From positions 121,194-185,193 of the forward strand of contig CAMAUV010000001.1 of the NCBI GenBank assembly GCA_945861415.1: 64,000 nucleotides of DNA. The letters run 5' to 3'. Under the pieces are notes generated by a model, which was given only the letters and a program-made list of their open reading frames with translations, did no database searches and was not told where the DNA came from. The position numbers were made by a program, and so were the translations under genes. This DNA is from Akkermansia muciniphila (lineage in GTDB: Bacteria; Verrucomicrobiota; Verrucomicrobiia; Verrucomicrobiales; V1-33). This document shows positions 62,259 to 64,000 of this stretch, piece after piece (the stretch's first letter is position 1; every line of letters starts with the position of its first letter).

Positions 62259-64000
62259 ATGAGTTCTTCAGTCAAAACCGCACCCCTTGCGCTTTACCGC
62301 ACCATGCTCACCATCCGCATGGTGGAGGAGCGGCTCGCGAAATCCCACCAGCGCGGCCTCATCCAGGGGGCGTGCCATACGTATGTTGGCCAGGAAGCCA
62401 TCGCCACGGCCGTGTGCGCGCATTTGACTCAGGACGATTCCGTTTTCAGCACGCATCGCGGCCACGGTCATGCGCTCGCAAAAGGCATGGAGCCGCGCCA
62501 GCTCATCGCGGAACTCTATGGGCGCGGGACCGGCTGCTCGCGCGGTCGCGGCGGCTCGATGCATCTGTTTTCACCCGGGATCGGCATGATGGGCACCAGC
62601 GGCATCGTCGGCCCCTGCATTCTGCAAGCCACCGGAGCGGGCTACAGCTCGCTCATCATGAAAACAGGTCATCTCGGCATCGCCTTCTTCGGCGATGGAG
62701 CGGTAAATAATGGTGCATTTCACGAAGGTCTGAATATGGCTAGCATCTGGAAGCTGCCAGTGCTCTTCGTGTGCGAGAACAACCAGTTTGCCACCGAGGT
62801 ACCATTCTCGACGGTCGCTGGCAATCCCAGTATCGCAGCCCGTGGCGCGGCGTATGGAATCACAAGTATCGAACTCGACGGCAACGACGTGCTCGCCATC
62901 GAAGCCGCCGCTAGCGAAGCCGTGAAGCGCGCCCGCAATGGCGAAGGCCCCACGCTGCTCGAATGCAAAACCTACCGCACCCGCGCTCACGCCGAGGGCA
63001 TGGGCGACTTCACCTACCGCACGCGTGAAGACGTCGAGCAGTGGAAAACGCGCTGCCCCATCGCGCGGCTAAAAAAGCATCTGCTCGATCAAAAACTCGC
63101 CAATGAAACCGAACTCAGTACCATAGAGCAGGAGGTCGCCACGCTCACCGAAGCCGCACATGAGTTTGCCGAAAAGAGCGCCTATCCCACCGCCGAAAGC
63201 GCCACCACCCACGTCTATGCCGCGCCGCGCCCCGGGCCTCCGCGCGATGTGCCTTTAGCAAATGCCAACACCCGCGAGCTGACCTTCATGAAAGCTACAC
63301 TCGAGGCCCTGACCGAAGAGATGGCCCGCAATCCTAAAATTTTCGTGCTCGGCGAAGGCATCGGCGTGCGCGGCGGCAACTTCGCCACGACCAGCGGCTT
63401 GTTTGCGATTCACGGCCCCGAGCGCCTGCGCGATACGCCTATTTGCGAACGCGGTTTTGTTGGACTCGCAGGAGGCGCAGCGATGACCGGGACACGGCCT
63501 GTGGTGGACTTCATGTTTGCCGACTTCGTGCTGGATGGTGTGGGCGAAATCATCAACCAAATTGCCAAGATGCAATACATGAGCAGCGGCCGGCTGAAGA
63601 TGCCCGTGCTGCTTCGCGGCTGCATCGGCATCGGGCACAACGCTGCCACACATCATAGCGGCAACTATTACTCGATGTATGCACACTTCCCAGGCCTGCG
63701 CGTCGTAGTGCCATCTTCACCGCGCGATGCCAAGGGCTTGCTCAAAACTGCGCTCACTTGCGACGACCCCGTGCTCTTCCTCGAACACCGCGAACTGATG
63801 ACCGTGAAAGGCCTAGTGCCGGTGGAGGAATACTTCATTGATTTTGGTCAGGCTGCCATCGTCCGCGAAGGCCGCGACATCACCGTCGTCGCGCTCGCGC
63901 TCATGGTTCACACGACACTCACGGCGTGCGAGACTCTCGCCAAAGAAGGCATCGACGTCGAACTCATCGACCCGCGCACCGTCGCGCCGCTCGATATGGA
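62259..64000 (+). CDS. Fused 2-oxoacid dehydrogenase E1 component, alpha and beta subunits in one ORF (3' end beyond the window)
   Basis: This is my own translation from ATG 62259, because the ORF is not in the supplied track. The alpha part has the TPP motif GDGAVNNGAFHEGLNMASIWKLPVLFVCENNQFA. The frame stays open through 63240-63300 (PRDVPLANANTRELTFMKA). The beta part has PERLRDTPICERGFVGLAGGAAMTG and continues to position 64000. Confidence 0.85.
   Translation, partial: MSSSVKTAPLALYRTMLTIRMVEERLAKSHQRGLIQGACHTYVGQEAIATAVCAHLTQDDSVFSTHRGHGHALAKGMEPRQLIAELYGRGTGCSRGRGGSMHLFSPGIGMMGTSGIVGPCILQATGAGYSSLIMKTGHLGIAFFGDGAVNNGAFHEGLNMASIWKLPVLFVCENNQFATEVPFSTVAGNPSIAARGAAYGITSIELDGNDVLAIEAAASEAVKRARNGEGPTLLECKTYRTRAHAEGMGDFTYRTREDVEQWKTRCPIARLKKHLLDQKLANETELSTIEQEVATLTEAAHEFAEKSAYPTAESATTHVYAAPRPGPPRDVPLANANTRELTFMKATLEALTEEMARNPKIFVLGEGIGVRGGNFATTSGLFAIHGPERLRDTPICERGFVGLAGGAAMTGTRPVVDFMFADFVLDGVGEIINQIAKMQYMSSGRLKMPVLLRGCIGIGHNAATHHSGNYYSMYAHFPGLRVVVPSSPRDAKGLLKTALTCDDPVLFLEHRELMTVKGLVPVEEYFIDFGQAAIVREGRDITVVALALMVHTTLTACETLAKEGIDVELIDPRTVAPLDM

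Noticed and set aside
1-64000. Search for rRNA, tRNA, CRISPR arrays, transposases, integrases, phage genes, toxin-antitoxin pairs and known defence-system genes.
   Set aside because: Reading all listed ORFs and the larger intergenic gaps (2460-3042, 4790-5335, 6485-6683, 35417-35780, 46928-48285, 52858-53304) turned up none. The only nuclease-related sequence is the short DUF1016 relic.

Overview
This is a 64-kb bacterial chromosomal segment. It is GC-rich but compositionally mosaic: hand-counted 60-nt samples range from about 42% to about 72% GC. The gene content points to the PVC superphylum, most likely Verrucomicrobiota. That content includes PSCyt/PSD 'planctomycete cytochrome' giants paired with DUF1501 or DUF1552, three ThuA-like domains, Pirellula/Verrucomicrobium-type dehydrogenase plus haem-binding proteins, DUF1080, BNR sialidases, many Sec/Tat signal peptides, and C/A-rich leaders without Shine-Dalgarno motifs. 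I call about 38 protein-coding genes, several gene relics and a few short repeat families. I found no rRNA, tRNA, CRISPR array, transposase or integrase. Layout: (1) 1-6.5 kb holds an exported haem/ankyrin protein and two BNR/sialidase-like genes. (2) 6.7-29.6 kb holds a tightly packed, translationally coupled 11-gene operon. It starts as a classical MoxR-DUF58-BatA/VWA cluster and continues with six uncharacterised exported proteins, including two tandem giant paralogues (1256 and 1395 aa). This is my best candidate for an undescribed system. (3) 29.7-42.8 kb holds ThuA, sGDH-like dehydrogenase-cytochrome c, esterase and DUF1080 genes that suggest periplasmic oxidative glycoside processing. 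(4) 43-52.9 kb holds two divergent PSD-type gene pairs separated by a decayed region, and a 55-75-nt element occurs four times in front of the minus-strand genes here. (5) 53.3-64 kb holds a GntR-linked catabolic cluster ending in a fused E1 alpha/beta dehydrogenase ORF that runs off the window and is absent from the supplied ORF track. All family assignments come from motif recognition by eye, with no database search.
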